Part shown: positions 32,071-41,522 of the stretch, piece after piece
Layout: every line of letters starts with the position of its first letter
Position numbering within the stretch: position 1 is the first letter of the stretch
Source: an uncultured delta proteobacterium
GTDB lineage: Bacteria; Desulfobacterota; Binatia; JACPRU01
NCBI GenBank assembly: GCA_963745025.1
Contig: CAVUWD010000015.1
Location: forward strand, 36,441 to 100,440
Direction of reading: 5' to 3'
Length of the DNA stretch: 64,000 bases
Notes under the pieces: model-generated
What the model saw: only the letters and a program-made list of their open reading frames with translations
What the model was told of the DNA's origin: nothing
Database searches by the model: none
Translations under genes and position numbers: made by a program

Positions 32071-32329
32071 AAGATCAGGTGCGCGTCGGCAGCGCGGGCG
32101 GCTCGGTCGTGATCGAGGGCACGCGCAGCTCCTGCTGCGGGAACGGGATCTCGATCCTGGCCTCGCCGAGCACGCCGTGGATCGCGATGCCGAGCCGGAT
32201 CACGAAGGCCGCTCGCCGAGATAGAGGATACGTTGCAGCGGCTCGAGCACCGCGCCGCCGGGTCTGGGCTTTCGCCGGAAAGCCAGACGGTAGCAGGATG
32301 CGGGTCCAGTCGAACGAGGAGGTGCCCTC

Positions 32330-32740
32330 ATGAAGGTCGAAGGGATCCTGCGCTCGAAGCGGACGAACGTCGTGACGGCCAATCCGAGCGCGACGGTCGG
32401 CAGCATCGTGCAGCGGCTACACCAAGAGCGTATCGGCGCAATCGTGGTGACGGAGAACGGCCGCGTGCTCGGCATGATCTCGGAGCGCGACGTGATCCGC
32501 GGCCTCGCGGATCGCGGACCCGCCATTCTCGACAGACAGGTCGCAGACCTGATGACCCGCCCCGTCCACAGCTGCAGCCTCCACGACTCGGTCAAGCACT
32601 TGATGTCGGAGATGACGCGAAAGCGCATCCGCCACCTCCCGTCATCGACGACGGCGTTCTCTGCGGCATCGTCAGCATCGGCGACGTCGTCAAGAACCGT
32701 CTCGACGAAGTCGAGATGGAGGCGAACGTGCTCCGTAGGC
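32330..32740 (+). pseudogene. CBS-domain protein, frameshifted near 32640
   Basis: MKVEGIL..K...VVT, IGAIVV, GMISERDV, MT.KRIRHLP. It continues in another frame as GIVSIGDVVK.RLDE. Confidence 0.8.
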
Positions 32741-33004
32741 ACGGGCGGGCGTCTCTAAAAAACCCGGCGTCCGATATCGTCGCGTTACGTCAACCAGGCC
32801 GCTTGTCCTGGCTATCCCCCGGCGGGTGGGTCGATTCGAGGCGCGCGCACAAACTCTTCGACATGAGGCGCGCCAAGTTCGGCATGTCGGCGCGGTGCTT
32901 GCCGAAGAAGAACGCCGGCGGCATCGAATCGAGCCCGAGAAATCGCAACCTTCGCCATCGCGCCGCCTCGAGGCTTGTACTATATAGTCGGCGCCGATTC
33001 GACA

Positions 33005-35113
33005 ATGCTCATCCGCCGCGAAGAGACCATCGGATGCGCGCAGGCCGTCGGCGCAGCGCTCCTCACCTCGTTGCTGCTCGCCCCGCCGGCCGACGCTTAC
33101 ATCGGCCCCGGCGCTGGGTTCGCGTTCGTCGGCTCGTTCTTCATGCTGCTGTGGGCGTTGGTGCTGGGAGCCTTCACGCTCGCTTCGTATCCCCTGCGCC
33201 TTCTCTGGCGCGCGCTGCGGCGCCGGTCGCTTCCCGCCTCGGCCCCTCGCCGTGTCGTAGTCATCGGCTTCGACGGTATGGATCCGGCGCTCACCGAGCG
33301 CTGGATGGCCGAGGGCAAATTGCCGAGCTTCGCGGCGCTCGCGCAGGAAGGCGCGTTTCGCCGCTTGCAGACAACGCACCCGCCCCTCTCTCCGGTGGCG
33401 TGGTCGTCGTTCATGACCGGCGTCCATCCCGCCCGCCACGGCATCTTCGATTTCCTCGCCCGCGATGCGCGGAGCTACCTGCCGTTCCTCTCCTCGTCTA
33501 CCGTCGAGTCCGCCAAGCGCTCGCTCGCGATCGGCAAGTTCCAGGTGCCGCTCGGCCGCCCCCGCTTGCGGTTGTTCCGCAAAGCGCCCCCGTTCTGGAA
33601 GATCCTCGGCGCCCACGGCGTGTTCTCGTCGGTGGTGCGCGTGCCGGCGACGTTCCCCGCCGAGCGCTTCCACGGCGCGTGTCTCTCGGGAATGAGCGTG
33701 CCGGACCTGCGCGGCACGCAGGGGAGCTTCACGTTCTTCTCCGAAGCAGCCGACGCGGGAGAGACGACCGGCGGGCTGCGCGTGACGCTACGCCGTCAGG
33801 GCGACCGGCTCGCCGGAGCGATTCCCGGGCCCGGGCATCCGTTGCGGCCGGATCGCGGCGCGCTCGAGATCCCCTTCACGGTGATCCGCGCCGGCGGCGA
33901 AGCGGTGCTGACGATCGGCGGCAGTGAAGTCCGTTTGCGGCCGGGCAAGCATTCCGAGTGGATTCCGCTGACGTTCCATGCCGGCCTCGGAATCAATCCG
34001 TGCGGCATCGCCCGCTTTCGTCTCGCACGTCTCGAGCCCTTCGAGTTGTACATGACGCCGATTCACATCGACCCGGATCGCCCGGCGCTGCCGATCTCCC
34101 ACCCGCGCTACTATTCGAGCTACCTCGCCAAGCTCCTCGGCCCGTTCGCCACGCTCGGTCTGGCCGAGGATACCTGGGCGCTCAACGAGCGGGCGCTCGA
34201 TGAAGACGGCTTCCTCGAGCAGGCCCATCTCTTCCACGAGGAGCGCGAGCGCCACCTCTTCGACGCGCTCGACAAGACGCAAAGCGGCGTGGTGGTCTGC
34301 GTGTTCGACGCCACCGACCGCATTCAGCACATGTTCTATCGCTACAGCGACGCCGATTCCCGCGCCGACCGACCGGGCGACGGCGAGCGCTACGCTCGCG
34401 CGGTCTTGGATATCTACCGCCGCTGCGACGACCTGATCGGACGCGTGCGCGAAATGCTCGATTCGAGGACGGTACTGCTCGTTCTGTCGGACCACGGGTT
34501 CGCCGCGTTTCGCCGCGGCGTGAATCTCAACGCCTGGTTTCTCCGCGAGGGCTATCTCGCGCTCCGCGACGGAGCGCAGGGAGACGCCGAGTATTTGCGC
34601 GACGTCGATTGGAGCCGCACGCGCGCCTACGCGATCGGTCTCGCCGGCGTGTACCTGAATCTCCGCGGGCGCGAAGCGCAAGGGATCGTCGCGCCGGGTG
34701 CGGAGGCGGGTCGATTGAAACAAGAGATCGCCGCCAAGCTCGAACGGCTGCGCGACCCCGAGAGCGATCGGCCGGTGGTCGTGGAGGCCGTCGACATGGC
34801 GGCGCGCTATCGCGGCCCCTACCTCGATCAATCGCCGGACTTGGTCGTCGGCTACGCGAACGGCTACCGCGTGTCTTGGGAAGCGGCGGTCGGCAAGGTC
34901 GCCGGCGACGTCGTCTCCGACAACCGCAAGTGCTGGAGCGGCGACCATTGCGTCGATCCTCGCCTGGTTCCGGGCGTGCTGTTCTGCAATCGGCCGGTGC
35001 CCGTCGAAGACCCGTCGATCGTCGATCTCGCGCCGACCATCCTGGGACTCTACGGCGTGCCGCCTCCGCCGCACATGGAGGGTCGCTCGCTGGGAGTGTC
35101 GCTCTCGGCATGA
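33005..35113 (+). CDS. Alkaline-phosphatase-superfamily protein (type I phosphodiesterase / nucleotide pyrophosphatase-like), membrane-anchored
   Basis: AYIGPGAG leader plus a transmembrane helix, VVVIGFDGMDP, PPLSPVAWSSFMTG, DRIQHMF, LSDHGF, WSGDHC, DLAPTIL. Confidence 0.88.
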   Translation: MLIRREETIGCAQAVGAALLTSLLLAPPADAYIGPGAGFAFVGSFFMLLWALVLGAFTLASYPLRLLWRALRRRSLPASAPRRVVVIGFDGMDPALTERWMAEGKLPSFAALAQEGAFRRLQTTHPPLSPVAWSSFMTGVHPARHGIFDFLARDARSYLPFLSSSTVESAKRSLAIGKFQVPLGRPRLRLFRKAPPFWKILGAHGVFSSVVRVPATFPAERFHGACLSGMSVPDLRGTQGSFTFFSEAADAGETTGGLRVTLRRQGDRLAGAIPGPGHPLRPDRGALEIPFTVIRAGGEAVLTIGGSEVRLRPGKHSEWIPLTFHAGLGINPCGIARFRLARLEPFELYMTPIHIDPDRPALPISHPRYYSSYLAKLLGPFATLGLAEDTWALNERALDEDGFLEQAHLFHEERERHLFDALDKTQSGVVVCVFDATDRIQHMFYRYSDADSRADRPGDGERYARAVLDIYRRCDDLIGRVREMLDSRTVLLVLSDHGFAAFRRGVNLNAWFLREGYLALRDGAQGDAEYLRDVDWSRTRAYAIGLAGVYLNLRGREAQGIVAPGAEAGRLKQEIAAKLERLRDPESDRPVVVEAVDMAARYRGPYLDQSPDLVVGYANGYRVSWEAAVGKVAGDVVSDNRKCWSGDHCVDPRLVPGVLFCNRPVPVEDPSIVDLAPTILGLYGVPPPPHMEGRSLGVSLSA

Positions 35114-37074
35114 AGGCGGCGCTCGCCACGCTGCTCGTCGCGATCTTTGCGGCCGGGTGCGCCAAGCCCGCCCCGACGACGTCACACCGTGTCTTGATCC
35201 TCGGCTTCGACGGCGTGGACCCCGAGCTACTCGACCGCTTCATGGCCGCCGGACAGCTCCCGTCGTTCGCCAGGCTCGCGGCGCTCGGCCACTACCAGCG
35301 GCTCGGCACCACGATCCCGCCGCAGAGCCCGGTCGCCTGGTCTACGTTCACCACCGGTCTGGATCCCGGCGGTCACGGCATCTACGACTTCATCCACCGT
35401 GACCCCGCGCCGCCCGGAGGCGGCGCCTTGGCACCTTTTCTCTCGACCTCGCGCGTCGCGGACGACGGATGGAAGATCCGCTTCGGCTCCTACGCCTTGC
35501 CGCTGCGGTCGGGAACGACCGAGCTCTTGCGCCGCGGCAAGGCTTTTTGGAACGTGCTCGAGGAGCACGGTGTCCCTGCCACGGTGCTGAAGATTCCTTC
35601 GAATTTTCCGCCCGAGCCGACGAAGGCACGGACCATCTCCGACATGGGGACGCCAGATCTGCGCGGCACTCCGCGCACGTTCTTCTTCTTCACCGCCGAT
35701 CCCAAGGATGGTGTGACGCGCACCGTGTCCGGCGGTGTGATCCGCACCATCGCGGTCGAGCGCGATCACGCGCACGGCAGGCTGCCGGGACCGCCGAACC
35801 CGTTTCTCGCCGGCGGTGCCTACGCCGAGCTTGACTTCGATGTGTGGATCGATCGCGGCTCGCGCGCGGCCAAGCTCGAGATCGGCGGCAACGAGATCGT
35901 GCTCGCCGAGGGCGAGTGGAGCGGCTGGGTGCCAATTCGCTTCGCCCTCGTCCCGCACCTACTTTCGGTTCCCGGCATCGTCCGCTTCCACGTCGCCTCC
36001 GTGGCACCGTTGCGGCTCTATGCGAGCCCGGTCAACATCGACCCCGCCGAGCCCGCGCTGCCGATCTCGACGCCGCCCGACTACAGTCGAGACCTCTACG
36101 ACCACGTCGGCTACTACTACACGCAGGGCTTCGCCGAGGACACCAACGCGCTGTCGGCGGGGATGCTCTCGGACGGCGAGTTTCTGGATCAAGCTCGCGA
36201 CGTCTACGAGGAACGGCGAAGGCTCTTCTCGGTCGAGCTCGCCCGCTTTCGTTCGGGGCTGCTGTTCGCCTACTTCGGCGGCGTGGACCAGGTCTCGCAC
36301 ATGTTCTGGCGGACGCTTTCTCGCGACCTCGGCGGCAGCGCGCCGACGCCGACGGCGGAATCCGACGCCATCCTCGACGCCTACCGCGAGCTCGATCAGG
36401 CGCTCGGCGAGGCGCTGCGGGCGATCGAAGGCGATGCCGACGCGACGCTTGTGGTGATGTCCGACCACGGGTTCGCCCCGTTCGCGCGCGCGGCCAACCT
36501 CAACGGCTGGCTCCGCGATCAAGGTTTGCTCGCGCTGCGGCCCGGAGCGGCGGCCAGCCGCGAGCTGTTCGCCGACGTCGATTGGCCTCGTACGCGCGCG
36601 TACGGGTTCGGCCTAAACGGCCTCTATCTGAACCTGCTCGGACGGGAGCGCTTCGGCACCGTCAGCCCCGCGGAGCGTGAACGCCTGATCGCGGACTTGA
36701 CGTCACGCCTTCTCGCCTGGGCCGATCCCGCGAACGGCGCGCATGTGGTGCGCCGCGCCTACCGGCGGGAAGACGTCTACAGTGGCGCGCTGCGTGACCT
36801 CGCCCCTGACCTCGTCATCGGCTACGAGCGGGGTTATCGCGTCTCGAATCCCTCCGCGCTCGGCGAGGTTCCGCCTGGGGTCCTCGAAGACAATTCCAAG
36901 CGCTGGAGCGGCGATCATTGCATCGCCGCGGACGTCGTCCCGGGCGTGGTGCTGAGCAACCGGCCGATCACCCGTAGCGACGTATCGCTGCGCGACATCG
37001 CTCCGACGGTGCTCGCGGAGTTCTCGATCCCCGCGCCCGCCGCGATGACCGGCCATCCTTTTCTCGAACGCTAG
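35110..37074 (+). CDS. Second alkaline-phosphatase-superfamily protein, lipoprotein
   Basis: Lipobox FAAGC, LILGFDGVDP, PPQSPVAWSTFTTG, DQVSHMFW, MSDHGF, WSGDHC. ATGA overlap with its paralog. Confidence 0.88.
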   Translation: MKAALATLLVAIFAAGCAKPAPTTSHRVLILGFDGVDPELLDRFMAAGQLPSFARLAALGHYQRLGTTIPPQSPVAWSTFTTGLDPGGHGIYDFIHRDPAPPGGGALAPFLSTSRVADDGWKIRFGSYALPLRSGTTELLRRGKAFWNVLEEHGVPATVLKIPSNFPPEPTKARTISDMGTPDLRGTPRTFFFFTADPKDGVTRTVSGGVIRTIAVERDHAHGRLPGPPNPFLAGGAYAELDFDVWIDRGSRAAKLEIGGNEIVLAEGEWSGWVPIRFALVPHLLSVPGIVRFHVASVAPLRLYASPVNIDPAEPALPISTPPDYSRDLYDHVGYYYTQGFAEDTNALSAGMLSDGEFLDQARDVYEERRRLFSVELARFRSGLLFAYFGGVDQVSHMFWRTLSRDLGGSAPTPTAESDAILDAYRELDQALGEALRAIEGDADATLVVMSDHGFAPFARAANLNGWLRDQGLLALRPGAAASRELFADVDWPRTRAYGFGLNGLYLNLLGRERFGTVSPAERERLIADLTSRLLAWADPANGAHVVRRAYRREDVYSGALRDLAPDLVIGYERGYRVSNPSALGEVPPGVLEDNSKRWSGDHCIAADVVPGVVLSNRPITRSDVSLRDIAPTVLAEFSIPAPAAMTGHPFLER

Positions 37075-37086
37075 ACGGAGTACCGC

Positions 37087-37287
37087 ATGTTCGCTTTCGA
37101 CAAGCGCAAGATCCCCATCGACAAGGCGCTCTACGAACGCGCCGCGAAATTCGCCGCGCAAGCCGGCTACGCGTCTGTGACCGCCTTCGTTGCGTATCTC
37201 CTCGAGCGCGAGCTGCGACACCTCGAAGAGGCGCAGGACGAGGAGCAGGTGAAGAAGCGCCTCGAGGGGCTCGGCTACATCGATTGA
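37087..37287 (+). CDS. Small ribbon-helix-helix/CopG-like protein ending in RLEGLGYID
   Basis: KIPIDKALYERAAKFAAQAGYASVTAFVAYLLEREL fits the RHH pattern. RBS GGAG. Confidence 0.75.
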   Translation: MFAFDKRKIPIDKALYERAAKFAAQAGYASVTAFVAYLLERELRHLEEAQDEEQVKKRLEGLGYID

Positions 37288-38099
37288 CCGCCGCTCACGA
37301 CCTTCTCGCCCGCGCCTTCGATCTGCTGCTCGGCCCGCTTGATCGCTGGAACCCCGTCGCGGGACTCTGGGCGGCCTCCGTCGTGGCGGGGGTCGCCCTG
37401 CTGTTCATCTTCCGCTGGACGTCGAACCCCGAGGCGATTCGCGCCGCGCGCCGGCGCGCGCAAGCGGAGCTCCTCGCCGTGCGTCTCTATCGCGAGGAGC
37501 CCCGTGTCGTGCTGCGCGCCCAGGCGAGATTTCTCGCCGCCATCGCCCGCTACCTCGGGCAGATGCTCGTCCCCTTCGCGGCGCTGGCGCTCCCCTTCTC
37601 GTTGCTCGGCGCCCACCTCGACGCCCACTACGGCTCGCGCGCGCTCGCCGTCGGCGAGCGTGCCGTCGTCGAAATGCTCGGTGCGTCGGCAGCGATCGAT
37701 GCCGCTTCGCTCGAACCCTCGGAAGGACTGGCCGTCGAGGCTGGGCCGGTGAGAATCCCCGCTCGCGGTGAGGCGAGCTGGCGCATCCTCGCCAAGGCTT
37801 CCGGCCCGCAGTCGGTCGTTCTCGTCGTCGGCGAGAGGCGAATCGACAAGCAGGTTTCCGTGTCGACGACGGCGCGAGGGGCGGCGCCGCGGCGCATGTG
37901 CGGCGGCTTGATGGCCTTCTTCCTCGCCCCCGCCGAGCCCGCCATCGGCGAAGGCTGCGTGGTAAGACAGATCGAAGTCCGCTATCCGTCGCTCGAAATC
38001 GATGTCTTCGGCTGGAAGGTGTCCTGGATCGTCGTGTTCCTCGCCGTCTCGAGCGTGGTCGCGCTCGTGCTCCGCCGCCGCGCCGGCGTGGAATTCTAA
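37284..38099 (+). CDS. Membrane protein, EMC3/TMCO1/DUF106 (Oxa1 superfamily)-like
   Basis: TM1, a charged amphipathic helical insert, TM2 (QMLVPFAALALPF), an extracytoplasmic beta domain, then TM3 SWIVVFLAVSSVVALVLRR. Confidence 0.55.
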   Translation: MTAAHDLLARAFDLLLGPLDRWNPVAGLWAASVVAGVALLFIFRWTSNPEAIRAARRRAQAELLAVRLYREEPRVVLRAQARFLAAIARYLGQMLVPFAALALPFSLLGAHLDAHYGSRALAVGERAVVEMLGASAAIDAASLEPSEGLAVEAGPVRIPARGEASWRILAKASGPQSVVLVVGERRIDKQVSVSTTARGAAPRRMCGGLMAFFLAPAEPAIGEGCVVRQIEVRYPSLEIDVFGWKVSWIVVFLAVSSVVALVLRRRAGVEF

Positions 38100-38149
38100 G
38101 TGGCTCCCCGGAACCGGAGGCGCCGGCCTCATCGGCAGCGGGGCGATAC

Positions 38150-38435
38150 CCGCGAGCGTCACCCGTGGCTCGACCCTACCGACACGCGTCCACTTCGCAG
38201 GGCCGGCCCGTTTCCTATCCGATCACGCTGCAGCCGAGGGTGCGCTCCAACGAGCCGCTGGGTGGCGGGCGAGACGATAGGTGACCACTTCCACGTTACC
38301 ATCCCGAGAGACGCCCCCGCTGGACTCTACACCGCCGAGGTCGGTTTGTGGGATACTAGCCGTCCCGCACGGCTGCGCTGCGGCTGGTTCGGCCCTTCCC
38401 ATGCCGACGCGTTCACTCTGCGAGTCGCCGAGTGA
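38150..38435 (+). pseudogene. C-terminal Ig-like domain remnant of a GT-C-type protein
   Basis: PTSRWVAGETIGDHFHVTIPRDAPAGLYTAEVGLWD matches the C-terminus of 38432-41011 (STRFWAADEIV...VP..AADGPYAAEVGVW). Confidence 0.6.
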
Positions 38436-41011
38436 GCTTGGGACTGCGCGCAGCTTGGCGCGACGAGCGTCCATACGTACTGGCGCTCGTCTCGAGCATC
38501 GTCGTCGGGATGGCGATCCGCATCACGCTCGCGTTCGCAGCCCAGGGCAAACACTGGAGCGACAGCGCGACGATCGGGCTAATGGCGATTCACGAGATGC
38601 GGGGCAACTTCTACACGTTCTACTGGGGCCAGGCGTACATGGGATCGCTCGAGTCGCTCGCCACCGTCCCGTTCTTCGTGCTCTTCGGCGTCAGCGACGT
38701 GACGCTGTCGATGGGGCTCCTCCCCTGGTACGTCCTCTTCGCGATCGCGCTCTATCTGGTCGTGCGTCGCTGCGGCGGTCCTCTCGCCGGGGCGATCTCG
38801 GGCTGGCTGCTCGCCTTCGCGCCTCCCTACATCCAGTACCAGCAGTTCATGCCTCGCGGCGATTATCCGGAGACACTCGCTTTCGGCACGGTGCTGCTTT
38901 GGCTGACGCTGCGAGTGACGCACGGCGGTCTGCCCCAGCGCTCGGAGCGTCGCCACCTCTTGGCCATCGGATTGGTCGCCGGGCTCGCGTTTTGGACCAA
39001 CTGGCTCGTGTTCCCTTACTTCGCGGTAGTCGGAGCCTACCTGCTTCTCCACGATTGGCGGCTGCCGCTGCGGCCGGTCATCTTGCCGGTGGTCGCCTGC
39101 TTCTTCCTCGGCAGCTTGCCCTTCTGGGTATACAACATCCGCAACGGCTTCCCCACGTTCTCCTTCGTGGAGAGTCTGCAGGGGACCGAGGGCCAACACG
39201 CGGCGCTAGAATACGCCGTGCGCGGTGCCATCCCCCTCTTGTTCGGCTTCCGCGACCTGGACGAGAAGTTCGCGTTCGGCTGGCCGGGCCGCATGCTCAC
39301 GTGGCTCATGGCGCTCGGGCTGGGCGTGCTGCTGCTCGGCTTGTGGCGGTCCTGGCTGGCGCTCCTCCGCGGGCGCTTGCGCGAGACCCAGCCGGTGATC
39401 TCGCTCCTCCTGTTGATCGTTGCGATGGTGTGGATCTACACGGTCGGTCTCCCTGGCCGCTTCCACGTCGCCCGCTACCTCCTGCCCATCACCACCGCGA
39501 CGTTCGCGCTCACGGCCTTGGCCATCGGCTGGTTGGCGGCGCGGTCCCGCATCCTCGGCGGGGCGGCGCTGGCTCTGCTCATCGGCGTCTACGCGGTGCA
39601 AATCGCGGAGTTTCGCCGGGGCCTCGTCTCCTCGCCGCGCCCAGGAGTCGAGGGACCCGTCGACGAGCTGGCCGAGCATCTCCTGCGCTCCGGCATCCGC
39701 TACGGGTACGCCGACTACGGCGATTCGACTATCACCACCTACCTGACCCGCGACCGGGTCGTTCTCACGGACTTCTCGGGCGAGCGCTACCCGCTCGACG
39801 AGGTCGACTTCCACGACCCGGCCGTGATCGTGCGCGAGAGCGCTGGGACCGCCGACGGGACGCTCGCCTCGCTCCACGCGAGCTTCTCGGCGAGCCACAT
39901 CCCCGGCTACCGGATCTACTGGCCGATCCGTTACGACGGTATTTCGCGCGCACCCTTGGCGAGGCGCGGATGGAAGGTGACGGCGAGCGAGCATGCGGCC
40001 GACGCGCCGTCGATGCTCGACGGCGACCGCTGGACGTACTGGTCGGTGCCCGCCGACGGCAGCTTCCCGACGGTGACGCTCGATCTCGGCGGCTCGCAGA
40101 CCGTGACCGGCATCTTCTTCGACCTCGGCGAACGCAACCGTGACACCTTCGGGAAGCTCCGGATCGAGTCCTCGCTGGGCGGAGGCAACTGGTCGCTCGT
40201 CGAGGATGCGGAATGGGGGTTCCCCGTGCAGTTCGATTCCCGCGGCCAGGTGACCACGGTGCAGAGCGGCGTCCAGTACGTGCTGTTTCCCCCGCTCGTC
40301 GCCCGCGCGTTGCGCCTCACGCGGCTCGAGAGCAACGACGGCTACAACTGGTCGATCGGCGAGCTCGCCGTGCTTGGCCCGGGCTGGGGCGACGTCGCGC
40401 TGCGCCTCCCCGAATTCGCCGACCCCACTCTTCCGGCTCTCGCCGAGCGGCGGCTGCGCTCGCAAACCGAGCGCGAACCTGAAAACGATAGGCCCCTCGT
40501 TGAGCTCCGCCACCTGTATCGATCCCTCGGGGAAACCGCCAAGCTGGCCGACGTCGAGCGCATCGAGGCCGAGCGCTTCCGCCCCCGGGTTTCCCTCGGT
40601 TGGCGCTTCGGAAGCGACCTGAAGCTAGTCGGATACGACTGGCGAGTGCTCGGACCGCGCAGACTGGAGGTGACCTACTATTGGCAGGGGATGCGACGCA
40701 TGGACGGGGAGTACGCGGCATACGTGCACTTCCGCGGTGCCGGCCAGCAGTTCCAGGACGACTACTTGCTCGGATCACCGCTCAGCACGCGGTTCTGGGC
40801 CGCAGACGAGATCGTCAAGCAGCGTCGTGTGATCTCCGTCCCGCACAAAGCCGCCGACGGACCCTACGCTGCCGAGGTCGGCGTCTGGGTGCCTCAGAGC
40901 CGGCGGCACGTTCGGCTCGGATCCCTCGGGCTGCGGGGGCCGCGCACCCGGGCGCTGTTCCGCCTCGAGGTTCGAGGCCCTGAGGTGACGATCGGGAGGC
41001 AAGAGCCGTGA
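38432..41011 (+). CDS. GT-C (ArnT/PMT-like) glycosyltransferase with discoidin (F5/8C)-like and Ig-like C-terminal domains
   Basis: SD.A.IGLMA, YWGQAYMGSLE, about 11 transmembrane segments, AFWTN, WKVTAS...LDGDRWTYWS...LDLG...WSIGEL. Confidence 0.8.
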   Translation: MSLGLRAAWRDERPYVLALVSSIVVGMAIRITLAFAAQGKHWSDSATIGLMAIHEMRGNFYTFYWGQAYMGSLESLATVPFFVLFGVSDVTLSMGLLPWYVLFAIALYLVVRRCGGPLAGAISGWLLAFAPPYIQYQQFMPRGDYPETLAFGTVLLWLTLRVTHGGLPQRSERRHLLAIGLVAGLAFWTNWLVFPYFAVVGAYLLLHDWRLPLRPVILPVVACFFLGSLPFWVYNIRNGFPTFSFVESLQGTEGQHAALEYAVRGAIPLLFGFRDLDEKFAFGWPGRMLTWLMALGLGVLLLGLWRSWLALLRGRLRETQPVISLLLLIVAMVWIYTVGLPGRFHVARYLLPITTATFALTALAIGWLAARSRILGGAALALLIGVYAVQIAEFRRGLVSSPRPGVEGPVDELAEHLLRSGIRYGYADYGDSTITTYLTRDRVVLTDFSGERYPLDEVDFHDPAVIVRESAGTADGTLASLHASFSASHIPGYRIYWPIRYDGISRAPLARRGWKVTASEHAADAPSMLDGDRWTYWSVPADGSFPTVTLDLGGSQTVTGIFFDLGERNRDTFGKLRIESSLGGGNWSLVEDAEWGFPVQFDSRGQVTTVQSGVQYVLFPPLVARALRLTRLESNDGYNWSIGELAVLGPGWGDVALRLPEFADPTLPALAERRLRSQTEREPENDRPLVELRHLYRSLGETAKLADVERIEAERFRPRVSLGWRFGSDLKLVGYDWRVLGPRRLEVTYYWQGMRRMDGEYAAYVHFRGAGQQFQDDYLLGSPLSTRFWAADEIVKQRRVISVPHKAADGPYAAEVGVWVPQSRRHVRLGSLGLRGPRTRALFRLEVRGPEVTIGRQEP

Positions 41012-41057
41012 GCCCGGTCGAGAAGGCTCGTCCATTCATCCCCGTTTACGAGCCGTC

Positions 41058-41354
41058 AAGGACGCCAAGCTCTTTCCCGGCGGAGCGAGAGAGTGGCACT
41101 GGGCTGAGACCGGTACTGCGCACGTGCCCGGAATCCAGCCCTCCGACGTCACCGAGTTGCTGGAGCACGGCGCCACGGTGGTCGTGCTTACCAAGGGTGT
41201 ATACGAGCGGCTTCGGGTCTGCCCCGAGACGCTCAAGCTGCTTAGCGATCGAGGCATAGCCGTTCACGTCCTACAGACCGAGGAAGCCGTCCGAGTCTAC
41301 AATCGGCTGGTCGAGACGGATGGGGTTGGCGGACTCTTTCACTCGACCTGCTGA
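41058..41354 (+). pseudogene. Mth938/AAMDC-like protein, N-terminally truncated
   Basis: KDAKLFPGGAREWHWAETGT.H.PGIQP.DV.ELL...QTEEAV..YN.L...GGLFHSTC. Confidence 0.8.
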
Positions 41355-41522
41355 CCTGAAGAGTAGCCCTCATGCTCGACTCAGTTGTCTACCGGCGATT
41401 GAGGGTTTCACCCTCAACGTCTGTCCGGTAATAAACGGTCGCTCCTCTTTCGCTTCGGTGTCGTTCCAGATTGGAGTGCGCCCCGCGATCACGGCGCCAA
41501 CCTGCGGAAGCAATCGGGAATT

